From assembly GCF_006345805.1 (NCBI RefSeq), contig NC_043007.1, positions 16,616,001 through 16,680,000 on the forward strand: 64,000 nucleotides of DNA, written 5' to 3'. Within the stretch, counting starts at the first letter, position 1, and every line of letters begins with the position of its first letter. Both the position numbers and the translations under genes were made by a program. Origin of the DNA: Octopus sinensis (taxonomy: Eukaryota). Positions 62,294 to 64,000 of the stretch are shown piece by piece. The notes under the pieces were generated by a model. That model made no database searches. It had not been told where the DNA came from and saw only the letters and a list, made by a program, of their open reading frames with translations.

Positions 62294-64000
62294 GTAAGAT
62301 ATCTTCTTGTACTGGTCTTGTTTTGAGACAGTTCTCATGATCTTTAAACTGACCATAACTGGCCAAAATATTTAACCAGATTTATGTTGAAATTGGTCAG
62401 ATCTGGCCTCTCACCCCAACCCTACAATGTCATTCTAAAATTAAACAATCTCTTCATCGTAATCGCTAAACTACAAGGTAATGCATGATAAATCCAAAAC
62501 AATATAAACAAACAAACATTATATTTGTCAAGGGTTGAGTTTCAGTAATTTAAAGCTATTCAAGAGTATTTTTAAACCCAATATTTACAATCTGTTAATT
62601 AGAACTTTATTTGTGTTGAGACCCACCATTCCAAAAAAGATGTATGGCAGAATATTTTGTAACAATCACTGGCTTCTGTGCTGGTGGCATGTAAAAAGCA
62701 CCAACTGACCGTGGCCATTACCAGCCTCGCCTGGCACCTGTGCAGGTGGCACGTAAAAATCACCCACTACACTCATGGAGTGGAAGGGCATCCAGCTGTA
62801 GAAACACTGCCAGATCAGACTAGAGCCTGGTGCAGCCTTCTGGCTTCCCAGATCCTGGTCGAACTGTCCAACCCATGCTAGCATGGAAAACAGACGTTAA
62901 ACAATGATGACTTTACCTGATATTAAATTTACATTCTGTATTGGCTAAATATGAGAAGTCATCTTAATTACTAAAACTCATTTGATTTTTTTTTGCCAAC
63001 TATCTTCTCGTTTTCCATTCCTAATCTAAAAGTTCAAACTTTTAGCGTGTTGATATCAATGAAAAGCTAAAAAGTGAAAAAAAATGTTATTGTTGTGTCT
63101 CTAGGTGCAGGCTTGTCCCTGTCATTAAGAAGCTTGCTTTGCAACCATGTAGTTTTGCATTTGGTACCTTGAGCAGGTGTTTTCTACCATAGCCCCAGGA
63201 CAACCTTGGTTTGTCAGTAAATTTGATAGACGGGAAACTGAAGGAACTCCATCATCAATATGTGTTGAGTTGTGTCTTGTGTATTTTGTCCTCTTCTCTG
63301 AGGATCCAGCTAAGGTGGCAGCTTTTATTGATTGGCCATATGTCACATGTTCATGGCAGATTAGAAAGTATCTCACAGAGGATGGAATTGGCTGGGACAT
63401 TGCTTGGAAGATTGCTCGGAGCAATCCAAGTGAGTACTGATAAAGTGATATGCTGCAACATTGCACCCCCAATCCACCATACCTTACCTGTGTGTGTTTG
63501 TCCTCCCACTGCTTGACCACTGGTGTGGATGTTTGTCGTCTACCACCACCACTTGACAGCCAGTTTTGCTGTATTTAAGTCCCTGTAACTTTGTGTTGGG
63601 ATCGAAGTAAAATTCTTCAAGGCGATGCCTTAGCATGGCCACAGCCTTATGACTATAAATTAAACTAGTAAAAGGTGTCATGCAGTAGGATTGAACTCAA
63701 AACCATGAAGCTGCAAAGTGAACTTCTTAACCATTCGGCTATGTCTCTGCCTTATGCAATCATATCTGTGCCTTAAATAGTGTAAATTCTCGCTTTTACA
63801 TATACCACATGCTCTTATTTTCTTCCACTTTTCTCTCATTAGTTTTTCAGATAATAAAAATTAATTTAATCTTGAGGCTGCCTTAACTTTTTAGCATTTA
63901 AATCAGCCACATCTAACCCAGATGTTTTACCTGTTTTATGCTCAAACTGGCCAGATTTAGCCTCTCACACCTACCCTACAATGTCATGCTAAAAATATAC

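Overview
AT-rich eukaryotic intronic DNA saturated with SINEs, LINE remnants, MITEs and microsatellites. The repeat families look like those of Octopus (inference from recalled octopus SINE sequences). One protein-coding gene is supported: a + strand CLASRP (SFRS16, CLK4-associating SR-rich protein) ortholog. Nine consecutive coding exons (773 nt, 16877-62293) splice at GT-AG sites with matching phases into one open frame, KQDPTQFL...DRFDVRAHLD...YERYR...GRKISPPSYAARASPKYEPYKR. The first coding exon (MWHEARK... in the human protein) and the RS-rich 3' exons were not found and presumably lie outside the window. No bacterial-type system, CRISPR array, rRNA or intact transposase/RT gene is present. 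The most interesting signals are in retroelement biology and pre-mRNA structure: (i) a tRNA-derived SINE forming dimers with the same junction at three loci, plus a LINE 3' end sharing its tail; (ii) inverted repeats close to exons; (iii) an antisense RTE tail that could supply an in-frame poison exon. All family assignments are from memory of motifs, not database searches. Repeat boundaries are approximate unless a TIR or TSD is quoted.
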